From: Octopus bimaculoides | Lineage: Eukaryota | Direction: 5' to 3' | Assembly (NCBI RefSeq): GCF_001194135.2 | Contig: NC_068983.1 | Coordinates: 66,320,672 to 66,384,671 of the forward strand | DNA length: 64,000 nucleotides | In this document: positions 1-12,793 of the stretch, piece by piece | How positions within the stretch are numbered: the first letter of the stretch is position 1 | Layout: each line of letters begins with the position of its first letter | The notes under the pieces: model-generated | Told to the model about the DNA's origin: nothing | The model's input: only the letters and a program-made list of their open reading frames with translations | Database searches by the model: none | Program-made: the position numbers and the translations under genes

Positions 1-451
1 CTTTTTTGACTGTAAACTTTTGTCTGAAAAAATTTACTTCTATGCTAGAAAATATGGAAGTAGTCCATTAAGCTCAGTATAGAGTTGAACATAGGTAGTA
101 TGCAGGATTTATTTCTTATGACATTAGCATATATTACATTTCTTATAACTGTTAACCTTAAATATATGTAAATGAATATTTTAAGATTATTTTGCTGCTC
201 ACATTCATACCATCTTCTGTCCAACAAAGAAACAGCTACGATATTCAGTGAGTAACCAGAGTGAAATTGTAATGTCTTTCATAATGCAACTCACATGCTT
301 AGTATGTCTTCTAGAGAGCAATGTGCAAATCTGTGGATTAAACATATCTTATCGAATGTTTTATTATTTTGTCTCAAGAATGACAGTCATCAAAACACTT
401 ACATCCTCATTTCACCAACATTAAGTTCCTTCTAAATGTAGTGGAAATATT

Positions 452-625
452 AATTTCAAATTTTGGCACAAAGCCAGCAATTTCAGAGGAGGGGTAAGCT
501 GGTTACATCAACCCTAGTGCTGGACTAGTACCTATGTTATTGACCTCCTAAAAGGATGAAGGACAAAGTCAATGTCAGTGGAATTTAAACTCAAAATGTA
601 AAAACAGACAAAATGCCATTCCAAA
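452..625 (-). mobile_element. Degenerate SINE, family with 'gagttcaaattcc..gtcgactttgcctttcatcc' B-box head
   Basis: Reverse complement matches the better-preserved copy at 34176-34408 (aaaggatgaaggacaaagtcaatg...ggaatttaaactcaaaa). Confidence 0.65.
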
Positions 626-1110
626 TGCAGTGGAAATATTATTTTAAACTTATGTAATTGTTTGTTAGTACCTACTTCCTATCTTGAACAGACATTTTAG
701 TAGTTTGACTGAAAAGAATGGCAGCACATAGCTTTTCCAGCTCTTTCTAGCATATCTTTAGTGTGTAGCTATTGTCTAGTTTGAACTACATAAATCTTGT
801 AACTGTAACAAACAGTAGTTTGAATTACTATATGTTACTTATAAGATTTAGGTAGAAAAGAAGATTTAAAGACAGCTTAACAGAAAAAGGATTATGTAAG
901 CTAGATGTTCAAGTGAGTTAGGGTCATAAAGGGAGGAGGGAGTAATGGTATTAGGTGAAGATGAGTTCAGAGGGAAAATGTAGAGAAACATCAGTTGCTT
1001 AGTAACTGTCTAAGAAGCAGAAATGATATTAGTGAGTGTTGCCTATTAACAAACAGCCATTTTAAGAGGATAGCATCTTATTTATGTTACCTGAATCAGA
1101 GTTGTATAAG

Positions 1111-1147
<37 letters not shown>

Positions 1148-1413
1148 CTTGGAAACGGATGCGCAGTGTTCAATCATATAATAATATAAATAAAATATGT
1201 ATATATACATAAATATATGTATCTACATACATATATATGCATATATGGGTACAGGATGCCCCAAAACATAAGCATGAAATATGAAATATGAAAACAACAT
1301 GAAATACAAAGACAAACTTGGGAATGAGAACAGCGAGAGAAGCAAATGGAAAACAAGACAAGTAACATAAAGAACGACCCTTTATAAGTTGTTGGCTATC
1401 CATCTACTCCTAA

Positions 1414-1943
1414 TTTTGAGCAATTAACGACAGTATGAGGTTTCAAAAAGGTAGTTGCACCTCTGAACCAAAACAAAATTTGGGATTTGTGGAGGGTCAA
1501 AGCCGGTAACAAAAACAAGATAGTGGAGACATACAACAAACCAAAGGAAAACAGACACTATTTTCACCGTTTTCTATCTGTCTCTCTCTCTCCCTCTTTC
1601 TCCTTTACTTTCTCTTTCATTGCTCACACATGACCATCGTGCATCTTTCTTTTCCTCGCATGATCATCTTTCTTTTCTTTCAGTCTGTCTTACAGATCAG
1701 ATGCCTTCTTAGCTGTCTCCTCTTCTATATTTTCTCTTATAGAAGACAATATTCTTCCAGCATTTGTTACCTTACCTCGTCTGGCCTAATATTTGTTTTT
1801 GTTTGTTTTTGTTTGGTTTGTTGTATGTCTCCACTGTCCTGTTTTTGTTACCAACTTTGACCCTCCACAATTCCCAAATTTTTAATTTGGTTCATGGGAG
1901 CAAGCGCCTTTTGAAGTCTCATATTGTTGTTAATTGTTTGAAA
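1414..1943. repeat. Inverted repeat: ~130-bp arms 1414-1545 and 1812-1943, ~265-bp spacer
   Basis: Arms align at roughly 80% by eye, e.g. gtggagggtcaaag / ctttgaccctccac and gtggagacatacaacaaaccaaa / tttggtttgttgtatgtctccac. Confidence 0.85.
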
Positions 1944-3893
1944 CTAAAACTTAGAATAAACTAAAACTGAATTTTAGTTTATGCACAACTAGATTCAACA
2001 ACATTCTTTAGTATACTCTCAATTTTTCATAAGGGTAAAATATGTATGTCCCAATTTTGTTATCTGCTATTTCCTTCATCAAGTCTTCTGTAATAATAAT
2101 AATTCCTGTTGTATACTTTTTGCACTGAGGAGAACAGTGATATGTAATTAACATAATTTAATCAAATTAATTTTAATTATTTTACCATGTTATTTACATG
2201 TTAATATCACTATTTGAAATGCTTGTATGAGTGTATTAAAATTCTTTTATATTTCAATATCTTCTCTTCTCCATCTTTTAACATACTTGTTGAGTTTCCA
2301 TGGGATACCTTTCCATAAATTCTCATAACACACCATATAGATGTTATAATAATTTCATATTCGCAAAAATCTTATGCCAGTAAACTACCAGCAAAATATG
2401 AAGAATCTTTGTTAAAAATCACCCTTTGGAACCCTCCAAAGTACATACATACATACACACAAACTCATACATATGCATGAACACATACATATACAATGAT
2501 ATACATTTGCAATACACCTAGCCAATGATGTGATTTGGTCATGGTGATATACAGAATGTATAGATGATGTGAAAGCCAATCAGAGAATGAAATGTCTAAA
2601 GAAAAACAAAAGATGAGAAGAAGTTTCAAAGTGCTGTTATTTTTGAGAAGAACTTTCCATATTGTTTTTGGAAAAAATAGAGTGAGGAGGCAGAAATTAA
2701 TGAATATAGAGTACATCTATCAAATTTTCATAGAATCAGGGGTTGAAGGTAGAAAATCTGAAGGAAGAGCACTGAACATGCAAAGGCAAGAGATTGAGAG
2801 AGATCAATCACACATAAAAAAAGATAATGTTAGTTCAGTAAAGCTGTAACAAATTTTTTTTAAAAATCAATATTATTTTTAAAATGTTAAATACAAGAAA
2901 GATTTTGTATCAAATGGCTCTTGTAAAATGAGACAATCCCAGATTTTGCATGTTATGTTATGTTAAATTAATAATTGCAAATCCAGATGAAATGAAATAC
3001 TAGACTGGTTATCAACTAAACCGTCATGAAATAGATAGTTTTGCATTACATTGTACAGCATGAAGATTGAGATGTGATTAGTGGTATTTTGGCAGCTCAC
3101 ATTAACAAAAATGTAGCCTACTTTATTATGACGCATACTAGTATTAACTGCAGTAACTGTAAGGTTAGATTATTTAGCACAATCATGATTTCAAACCTCA
3201 TCACATCAGAGATGAAGAGTAAAATGAGCCCTAATGTGATTTGAATGAAAAACTATAATATACCACAAGTGGATAGAGTTGAGGATTTGTTCTGTCACTC
3301 AAGTGTACTTCTCTGGAAAGTATATTGAGACTGTAAATTATTCATCCTAGCATTTTACAGTCTCAGCTAATAAAACTCTTATGGAAAAATATTGTGATAA
3401 ACAGACCCCTCAAAAATGAATCTTACCAAAATGAAAAGTTTTCAGCCTAACTGTGAATTTCAAAGAAATAATACATTTAGAAGAGTACGTTATTGAGTTT
3501 TGACTGCTTGATAGTAATTTACAGTGCACAGGTTCAGCTGTAAATATTTATATAACAGTTACTCAAATTTACACTCACCCTTTGTCTTTAAGAAACATGA
3601 TAACCAACATTCAAAGCCCCTTGCCTGGTAAACAAGCTATTGATAGAGCTGGAATACAATAGAATTCCAGCTACCACAGAGTAGCAGAAGATTCATTGAA
3701 TTAGTTATCCTCTATGTAAACAACTTTTATTTATGAATGTACACATACGTACATGTGCGTTGTGCATATCTGTATGCTTTTATGTTTGTAATACTAGTGT
3801 ACTATGACACTTAGTTCTTTAATTATCTTTGCATATATAAACATATGTAAATGTTTATATATCACTATATCAGTAATATTTATATGCACATAT

Positions 3894-3899
3894 TGTGTG

Positions 3900-3994
<95 letters not shown>
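3894..3994. repeat. (GT)n microsatellite, ~50 units
   Basis: Direct reading. Confidence 0.97.
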
Positions 3995-3997
<3 letters not shown>

Positions 3998-4029
3998 GGT
4001 GTTATACCATCAGTGGTGAAATAAAATAG

Positions 4030-4240
4030 CAAGAACATAGTAAGTAGAATAGTACAATAGTATTATATGAAGAACAATATACTGACATTATGTAAAGAAC
4101 AATATACTGACTTTATAAAAAAAAATCATGTTAAAATGACATTGTATAAAGAATAATATCTGGCATTATAGTAAAGAACAATATAATGGTGTTATAGAAA
4201 GAACAACATAATGGTATTATATAAAGAAAATATAATAGCT
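4030..4240. repeat. Degenerate ~25-bp minisatellite (AAAGAACAATATAnTGRCATTAT)
   Basis: Repeated aagaacaatatactgac / aaagaataatatctggcatt / aaagaacaatataatggt units. Confidence 0.75.
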
Positions 4241-4944
4241 TTATTACTGAATTCAGAATCTTTTATACAGAAATCATACTAAAAGATTATGTAGCTCAAT
4301 AACCCAGCTGTTAAAATTTTGGCAGCTCACCATTGCATGTATATATGTATGCTTGAGTATTTGTGTTTGTATATGTATGCATTTATGTATGTATGTATGC
4401 ACATGTGTGAGTATAAAACTACACACGTGTTCAGTTACTACAAACTTTTTCGTTTACATTCATGTGTACATAAATGTAAAATGTTTGTATATATATTAGT
4501 GATATGTTTTTGATAAGGATGGTAAAACAGGGTGTGTTGAATATCAAGGTATGATAAACTTGTATGTTTCCTTTTTTTTCTTCTCCCTTTTTTCATTCTT
4601 TCATTTTATATATAAAAGTAGGTTAGCTGAATGGATAAGCAGTGAGACCACCTGCTCATAAATTTAAAGTTCTCTCTGTTGGCACCCTTATTAAGAATAA
4701 TCATTAATGCTAATGACTGATCTTCTCATTACACCTGTAATTTTAATGTATTAAGCATTATTTTGGTTCACTATATATTAATCCACACTTAACAATATAT
4801 TCTTCATGAAGCTGGTAATCCTGAGAAATTTTCCACTGCTGTACCTGTTCATAGGTTGTAAGTTCAAATCTAAGACAGGCATTTCAAAGTACTTTTGAAT
4901 GAAACATTATATGCTATATTTCTCCTCACAATGTATTTGTTTGG

Positions 4945-5770
4945 TTATATGGTCATGTGGTGAGAATGAATGAGGATAGCTGTGTGAAAAAGTGCCACAC
5001 CCTTGCAGTTGAGAGAACCTGTGGAAGAGGTAGACCCTGGAAGACCCGAGATGAGGTGGCGAAGCACGACCTTCAAACATTAGGCCTCATCGAGGCAATG
5101 ACTAGTGACTGGGACCTTTGGAAATATGCTGTGTGTGAGAAGACCCGGCAAGCCAAGTGAGACCATAATCCGTGGCTTTGCCATGGGTGTAGCCAGCCCA
5201 CCTATGCATACCTTTTTTCATTGGACACTAAACTCTGCTTGCGAAGACCTGTTGAGGCAAGTGAAATTGAAATCAAAATCGTAATTGAACCAAATTCGAT
5301 GACTGGCACCTGTACCAGTGGAGTGCTAACAGCACCATCCGAGTGTGATCATTGCCAGAGCAGCTATCTGGCTTCCATGCAAGTGGCACGTAAATAGCAC
5401 CATTTGAGCATGATTGTTACCAGCATCGCCTTACTGGCACTTATGCCAGTGGCACGTGAAAAAACATTCAAGCGAGATCGTTGCCAGTGCCGCCGGACTG
5501 GCTCTTGTGCAGGTGGCATGTAAAAAAGATCATTTTGAGCGTGGCTGTTGCCAGTACCACCTGGCTGGTCCTTGTGTCGGTGGCACGTAAAAGCACCCAC
5601 TACACTCTCGGAATGGTTGGCATTAGGAAGGGCATCCAGCTGTAGAAACTCTGCCAGATCAGATTGGAGCCTGGTGCAGCCATCTGGTTCACCAGTTCTC
5701 ACTCAAATCGTCCAATCCATGCTAGCATGGAAAGCGGACGTTAAACGATGATGATGATGATGATGATGAT
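4945..5770 (+). mobile_element. 5'-truncated RTE-clade LINE: ORF2 C-terminus, 3' UTR and (GAT)n tail
   Basis: Translation YGHVVRMNEDSCVKKCHTLAVERTCGRGRPWKTRDEV...WDLWKYAV matches the RTE C-terminal WxGHVxRM...RGRPxxxW pattern. Ends ...catgctagcatggaaagcggacgttaaac(gat)n running into a gap. Confidence 0.85.
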
Positions 5771-7009
5771 NNNNNNNNNNNNNNNNNNNNNNNNNNNNNN
5801 NNNNNNNNNNNNNNNNNNNNNNNNNNNNNNNNNNNNNNNNNNNNNNNNNNNNNNNNNNNNNNNNNNNNNNNNNNNNNNNNNNNNNNNNNNNNNNNNNNNN
5901 NNNNNNNNNNNNNNNNNNNNNNNNNNNNNNNNNNNNNNNNNNNNNNNNNNNNNNNNNNNNNNNNNNNNNNNNNNNNNNNNNNNNNNNNNNNNNNNNNNNN
6001 NNNNNNNNNNNNNNNNNNNNNNNNNNNNNNNNNNNNNNNNNNNNNNNNNNNNNNNNNNNNNNNNNNNNNNNNNNNNNNNNNNNNNNNNNNNNNNNNNNNN
6101 NNNNNNNNNNNNNNNNNNNNNNNNNNNNNNNNNNNNNNNNNNNNNNNNNNNNNNNNNNNNNNNNNNNNNNNNNNNNNNNNNNNNNNNNNNNNNNNNNNNN
6201 NNNNNNNNNNNNNNNNNNNNNNNNNNNNNNNNNNNNNNNNNNNNNNNNNNNNNNNNNNNNNNNNNNNNNNNNNNNNNNNNNNNNNNNNNNNNNNNNNNNN
6301 NNNNNNNNNNNNNNNNNNNNNNNNNNNNNNNNNNNNNNNNNNNNNNNNNNNNNNNNNNNNNNNNNNNNNNNNNNNNNNNNNNNNNNNNNNNNNNNNNNNN
6401 NNNNNNNNNNNNNNNNNNNNNNNNNNNNNNNNNNNNNNNNNNNTGTATTGATAATTTTTCCACTGTGAAGAAGAAGAGGAAATTCATCTTGGATAGTCCA
6501 GCAAACTGGAGTCACTATACACATGGTTGTTGGCTAGAAGTACAGCATGGTAGTTGTTATCAAATTTGGACATATAACCACACGACCTGTAGGCCAGCAC
6601 ATTAACATTACCACAATTGCTTTTACAGTGAAAATGAATTTGTCTTATAAGGTGCTAAAAGCCCAGTTCAATCAGCTTTATTGATTCAACTAGATGTATA
6701 GCTATACAGAACCTTGTATGTATGTATGCATGCGTGTATGTATGTATGTATGTATGTATGTATGTATGCATGTGTGTGTGTGAGATGCATGTGTGTGTGT
6801 GTGTGTGTATTTGTATGTGTGTAATTAAAATTTCAAAACTCAGATAAAGAATTTGTGTAACTAACTTCAAAATGAGGTGAGGGCAACTACCAATAAACAG
6901 GTCTTTATAATGTATATGTATGTGGTTATGTTTGTGCATGAAAATGTATGAGTGTGTGTATGTGTATGTGCATGTATATTCATATATATACATATAAACA
7001 TACATTCAT

Positions 7010-7170
7010 AGGTGTGGCTGTGTGGTAAGAAGGTTGCTTCTCAAGCACATGGTTCTAGGTTCAGTCCCACTGTGTGGCACAGTGGGCAAATATCATCTAC
7101 TATAGTCTCGGGCCAACCAAAGCCTTGTGAGAGGATTTGGTAGACAAAAACTGAAAGAAGCCCATCATAT
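7010..7170 (+). mobile_element. 5' half of tRNA-derived CORE-type SINE
   Basis: ggtgtggctgtgtggtaag...ggttcagtccc head, then ...ggccaaccaaagccttgtgagaggatttggtagac; homologous to 26240-26662. Confidence 0.8.
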
Positions 7171-7267
7171 AACTATGTGTGTGTGGTGTGTGTGTGTGTG
7201 TGTGCATGTGTGTGTATATATGTGTGTATATTTATATATATATAGATGTTTATTTATAAATATGTAT

Positions 7268-7301
<34 letters not shown>

Positions 7302-7746
7302 GTGTGTATGTATGCATACTTATTTCATGATATTCAAATTATATTTTCCATGGAATACTGAAATTATTTACTATTTCTCTACAATTCAGATATACACCAG
7401 TGTATTTATATGTATACCAGTGGTATACTTTTGTCTACTGAAAAACAAAGTTCTGAACATTATATAAAGGTAAGATTGCATCTTATTTTATGAATTAATT
7501 TTCAGATATACTGTATATGTATGTATGAATGTACATACAACAATTAATTATACATGACACATCACAACATATGACAGAATATATACTTTTTTCTACATGT
7601 AACCATACTTGGGTCTAACTTAAAGTTTGGATTAAAACTCTCTTTCATGAGAACATGCAATTAGTAACTGAAATACCACAATTAAATTTTGAATTTCCTC
7701 ATGATATCACCCATTTATTAGCTGTAATATAAGTGGAATAATAATT

Positions 7747-8097
7747 GTTGTTGGCACTCTTTCGCTTACGACGTCGAGGGTTCCAGTTGATCCAGTCAAC
7801 GGAACAGCCTGCTCGTGAAATTAATGTGAAAGTGGCTGAGCACTCCACAGACACGTGTACCCTTAACGTAGTTCTCGGGGATATTCAGCATGACACAGTG
7901 TGACAAGGCTGGCCCTTTGAAATACAGGCACAACAGAAACAGGAAGTAAGAGTGAGAGAAAGTTGTGGTGAAAGAGTACAGCAGGGTTCGCCACCATCCC
8001 CTGCCGGAGCCTCGTGGAGCTTTAGGTGTGAGAATCGAAACCGCGATCTTATGACCGCGAGTCCGCTGCCCTAACCACTGGGCCATTGCGCCTCCAC
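7747..8097 (-). mobile_element. Young full-length tRNA-derived SINE with perfect 12-bp TSD
   Basis: A box TGGCCCAGTGG (8085-8075), B-box-like GGTTTCGATTC (8042-8032), (AAC)n tail; TSD ggaataataatt at 7735-7746 and 8098-8109; CpGs intact. Confidence 0.9.
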
Positions 8098-8277
8098 GGA
8101 ATAATAATTAACTACTGCTCTTACTGCCTCTTCTCTTTTGACGCTGCTCCCTCTCTAAATATTTCTGTCTTTTTCAATCTATAGTTTCTCCCTGTAGATA
8201 TCTCTCTCTCACACACTTGCTCACTCTCTCATACTCTTTCTTTCTTTCTCTCTCACTCTCTTGTATTCGCTCTCTTT

Positions 8278-8322
<45 letters not shown>

Positions 8323-8689
8323 TTTTTCTCTCTCTTTGTTGTTTTTACACTGCTGACATTGTCATTTTGACCTGGCTCTTCATGTCTGACACTGCATTAT
8401 CGAGTTGTCCACTATAGCTTTGGTGCCCTTTGAATTGAGTGACCACAAAGAGATTCCTCATTGAGGGGTGAGGGGAGTAGGCACATTACACAACTTTCAG
8501 GCCTATGTGCACCTTTAGAAGAATTTGATCTGTTGAAAGCATTTGGACTGGTACTGGGTCAAAAACAGGCTGAGACTATTACAAACAATAAAAACATGGA
8601 CATAAAGTACACAGAGAAGAAAGACAACACAAAGATTTTTTAACACTTACCTAAACTAATTTTCTAACAAAATTACATCAATTTGGAGG

Positions 8690-9278
8690 AACATAGGATT
8701 AAGCTAATACTGTAGTAGTAATAAATTTATTTAAAGGTTTCAAAAATAAAAAGATATTTTAAATTTATACTAATAGGTATTTCTAGCTACTACTCCTCTT
8801 TCACATCTATTCTTCTCAATAGATCTCTAATTATCACAATGTAAAACTTCAAATTATCTAGACAAGAAGTAGATACTATATTAGCAACTATGGAAACTAT
8901 TATTGAACTCAAAGGTAATACTGAACTTGAAAGGGCAGACCTAATAATTTTGATATAATCATGGGTTTGAGTGACCTGGCACAGGCTGCTGATTTAGTTG
9001 GTATATAGATAGTATACAACATTAAAAAGGAGTTCCTGGAAATAGTGGGTGATCTATATAGGATCAACGATGTTTCACCTTTTACAAATGCAGTTACATG
9101 AAACTCAAGAGGAATAGAAACAAACTAGACACTTTCTTCAAAAACATAGGACTATCTATAAATTAGGAAATGTCTGTAAGGTAATTAATTTCTTAGATAT
9201 AACATTAGAATTTAAAGCAGGCCAATATTGCCCATATCATAAACCCAACAAGAATCTACAAGTCATTAACAAAAATTT
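8690..9278 (+). pseudogene. Decayed Penelope-like element RT core
   Basis: Fragments KFILIGISSYYSSF (FDIxxFYPSI motif), FDIIMGLSDLAQAADLVGI (FDVTMGSYDGAExCxLVG), GDLYRIND (GLYRDD), INFLDITL..YCPYHKPN; stops and frameshifts present. Confidence 0.8.
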
Positions 9279-9308
9279 CAGCTAAGCTAGATCAGAAATT
9301 AAGTCTAT

Positions 9309-9452
9309 TGTCGACGCCTCCAAGCGAAGAAGTAGGATCGCCCAAGACATATAAATAGAGGTAGTCTAGCCGTGGTAGAGGGGTTGAGTAGCCATTGAGT
9401 AGCAGTTGAGTAGAGATCATCCGAAGGTGCTAGATAGCAGTAGCTTGAGACA
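9309..9452 (+). other. CpG-rich 144-bp TG...CA-bounded segment, possible solo LTR
   Basis: Starts TGTC, ends GACA, contains atataaatagagg, sits between Penelope and Tigger fragments; no TSD found. Confidence 0.3.
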
Positions 9453-9489
9453 TAACAGAAAGAAAGGTGGAACTTCTAGCAAAAAATAC

Positions 9490-9770
9490 CCTTTCTTATT
9501 TGTAAAGCTTGGTTTGAAAGATTGAAGTACTTAAACTTGCATAACATAAAAGTGACCGGTGAATCTGCCACAGCTGATACAGAGGTTGTTCCTAATTATT
9601 CTGAGCAGCTGAGGAAAAGAATTGCTGAAAGGAGGTTAATTACCAGAGCAAGTACAATATACAATGTTGATGAAACTGCAATTTTCTGCAAGTGCATATC
9701 TGCAAGGAATTAAATTTATTCAAAAGAAAAATTAACACAGGGATTTAAAGCTTCCAAAAATCCTCTTTTA
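9490..9770 (+). pseudogene. pogo/Tigger (CENP-B/DDE_1 type) transposase fragment
   Basis: AWFERLKYLNLHNIKVTGESATAD...IYNVDETAIF...GFKASK matches Tigger GWFxRFK..LHNIKxTGE.ASAD, QxFNxDETG and GFKAxKDR motifs. Confidence 0.85.
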
Positions 9771-10267
9771 CAATGAGTTCAGTTCTTACACTGATCTATA
9801 CAAAAGGAAGACGTGCCATAAACATCAAACAACCTTGAATAAGTTCATCATCCTTCAAACGGATATTGATGATGATGATAAACTTATAGGATAGAAAACA
9901 GTGTTCTTTGTCTTCTCACTATTTTCCATTCCACCACCATTCCTCTCAGTGTTGTGAACATCTTTTGTGGTTAGAATACACCTAATTATAATGTTGCAAT
10001 TCTTATTAATTCTTTAACATATTTCTTTTCAAATGTTTGTATGTATACACATCGTACTATACTTGTTTTGAAATTGCTATTTTCATGCTTAAAATTGGTT
10101 GCATTACTTATTTTGCTATTGCTGTTGTTTTCCAAAAAAAATCCATTGGAACACATCTAGCTTTATCATATGAAAATTAGTGGCAGAATTAATTTTGCAT
10201 CAACAGATTTTACATTACTTCAAAATTTTCAAGAAAGTATTACCTTTAAAACATGAGAGGGACACAT

Positions 10268-10300
<33 letters not shown>

Positions 10301-10333
10301 TATATACATGCAAACATACATACATACATACAT

Positions 10334-10617
10334 GGTGGTTGTCTACTCCTTACACAGAGTTTGACCACCTCCTGCACCTACACCTTAGCCCTTTCATGGT
10401 GTCTGATGTGGCTTTTTAAATCAGATAATGTTTTGAAAAATCACCCACACGGATTGCACCTCTGATTTGTACTACCAATACCTGCAGGTAAGTTCTGCTC
10501 ATTGTGGATCCTAACATGTCTTTTAAGACCCCCATTGGATTTGCAAGCCCTCTGGCACACATCATATTCAAACGTGTGCAGACATATAATCAGAATAGCT
10601 GGTTGAAGTTTGTTTTC
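10334..10617 (-). mobile_element. Probable 5'-truncated LINE 3' end encoding two decayed C2H2 zinc fingers
   Basis: FEYDVCQRACKSNGGLKRHVRIH-linker-RCNPCG*FFKTLSDLKSHIRHH then stop; embedded in (CATA)n on both sides. Confidence 0.6.
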
Positions 10618-12793
10618 CATACATACATACATACATACATATGCATGAAAGTTCAATGAATTCTATATTGCCAAATGGTTAATTATAAAAATTCAAATTT
10701 GTTACCAAAGAATCTTTTGATAGGAATTATTATAATTGTTTACTATTTGTGTGAACAAATGGTATATGGATATATAGCATACCATGTATATATAATTGTT
10801 TCTATGTATACAGCAATGCTCTACCTTCTTTATTTAATAGTTTAGGATATGATTTAAGGATAATTTGCCTGTTTCTTTCTAAACAGTGTTGAAAATGTGT
10901 AGAATATAAAATGGTGTTAAAGATACTTAAAATACTAATACTTGAATATGTGTGTCAATAGTAGTATTCATTTTGTTGCAAATATTGAAAACTCAACATC
11001 TGATTAATTTTACATAAGGCTGCATTTATTGAAAAATATAAATCTATGATTTATTGTTTCTTTACATGCAGTTTGTAATATCATTTGCTCTCAAAACACT
11101 AACAGTATTGAAATTATATAAGTTTCATTTCAAAATAATTTGATTCTTTTTCTAAAATAAATTAAAACTGGAATTTAGGGAAAATATTTTCTCTATTTCT
11201 AATTAATTGCCAATAATTTTGAAGACAAGTACAGGTAAGTAGCTTCAATTGCCTGTGTGACATCTAACATTGGAAACACTGTGCATGAGAATTTAGCAGC
11301 TACATTATGAAAAGGATGTGGAAGGAGTATAGGAAACCGCTGTCTCTGTTGACTGGAGAGAAAATATGGAGCTTATGTAAATGTAATGCTACACTTCATA
11401 AGTCATGGAAAATAAATATCCTAGATTTGTAGACAGTGCAGGGAAATGAAGTACTTATAATGATTGGGGTATATGATAATAACTTGCATGATAAAATGAA
11501 AATAGATTAAAGATTGGATGGCTACTAAAGACATTGACCAATGTATACTGAAGAGATAACTGCATTGGTATAAATGATGCAAATGGATGGTAAGTGCAGG
11601 ATCAAAATATACTATAAACTGACAATGACAGGTGCCTTTAGTGGAGGAAGACAGTCGCCTTTACTGTAGGCTTCTTTCTTTGCCTCACAGATGAAATAGC
11701 AAAGTATCAAAAAGAGAGATGATATGATACATGGAAAACAAGGAATATGTCAAGAATGAATGATGATGATGACAACGATCATCATCATCATCACCATTAT
11801 CATCATCATGGCAGTTGAGAAATTGAGGACCAGGGATAAGAAGGAGAAGACAATGGTGTTGAAGAAGAAAGGGACAAGAGTGATGAAGGAGATGAATAAT
11901 GATGCTGAATACATCCTCATGATTCTTCACACATTTCCACACTAATATTGCTGGTGCTGAGACCAAATCGTTTATCAATCGGAACTGACTGCACAAGTTA
12001 GTCTTCTCAATTACTCTGACAAATACATTAACACACCAAATATTCATGACCTCTTTCTAACCTCTAGATTCAATCTCTGGTCAGCTATGATTATCTCTGA
12101 TGCCTGTTACTTTCAATCATCATTGGAGTTCACGAGTATTTGTTGTCTTAACCCATCATTTAAAAATTAAAAATTATGCTTCAATTTCTTCATTTTACCT
12201 TCTATTCCAAACACAAAGGAATTGATGATTGAATCTAAGGCACCAATAGCAAATAAAGTATACCACACCTAATATTTAATAATTTGGCTACACCATATTC
12301 TAAAAATATATTTTTGTGATACTTTATCCATTTATCCTGTACCACATCACCTTAGAGTGAATATAAGTGCACATGCACACACACATACACACATACAGGT
12401 AATAATGTTTGTTTTAAGCTTTAGCATTGAAACCTGTTGTATCCAGCCCAAATATTCTAGCTGTTTTATGCTTAAACAGGCCAGATCTTGCCTTTCACAC
12501 CTAGCCATTTTACATAATAAACAACCAGATCATCGAAATCTCAAAGCTATGAAATAATGCATAGTTAATGTAAAATGATGTAAATACATAAGCATTACAT
12601 TTGACAGGAATATGTGAAGTTATACTTAAAAACAATTTAGCATGAAATTGAAGACTCACTGAATACTTGTGAGCAGAGTACTCAATTTTTTTCACAATAA
12701 AGGCTGACAGTAAATTCAAATGTTTCGTTGTACTAGCTGTCATCATTTTTTGTTTGTTTTTATGTTAATTTTCTTTACTAGCACAGATTAGAC

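Noticed and set aside
3579-3648. Minus-strand 70-nt segment with good acceptor (ttccag) and donor (gtgagt)
   Set aside because: Stops in all three frames and no linked exon; may be a non-coding exon but cannot be supported.
5703-6605. Long ORFs crossing N runs (also at 13.5, 15.4, 16.8, 35.5, 60.5 and 62.8 kb), including the protein-like tail ...KRKFILDSPANWSHYTHGCW...
   Set aside because: Length comes from unknown bases; the short real portions have no recognisable domain or splice support.
8030-8097. tRNA-like sequence as a functional tRNA gene
   Set aside because: It is the head of a TSD-flanked SINE and lacks a complete acceptor and T-arm cloverleaf.
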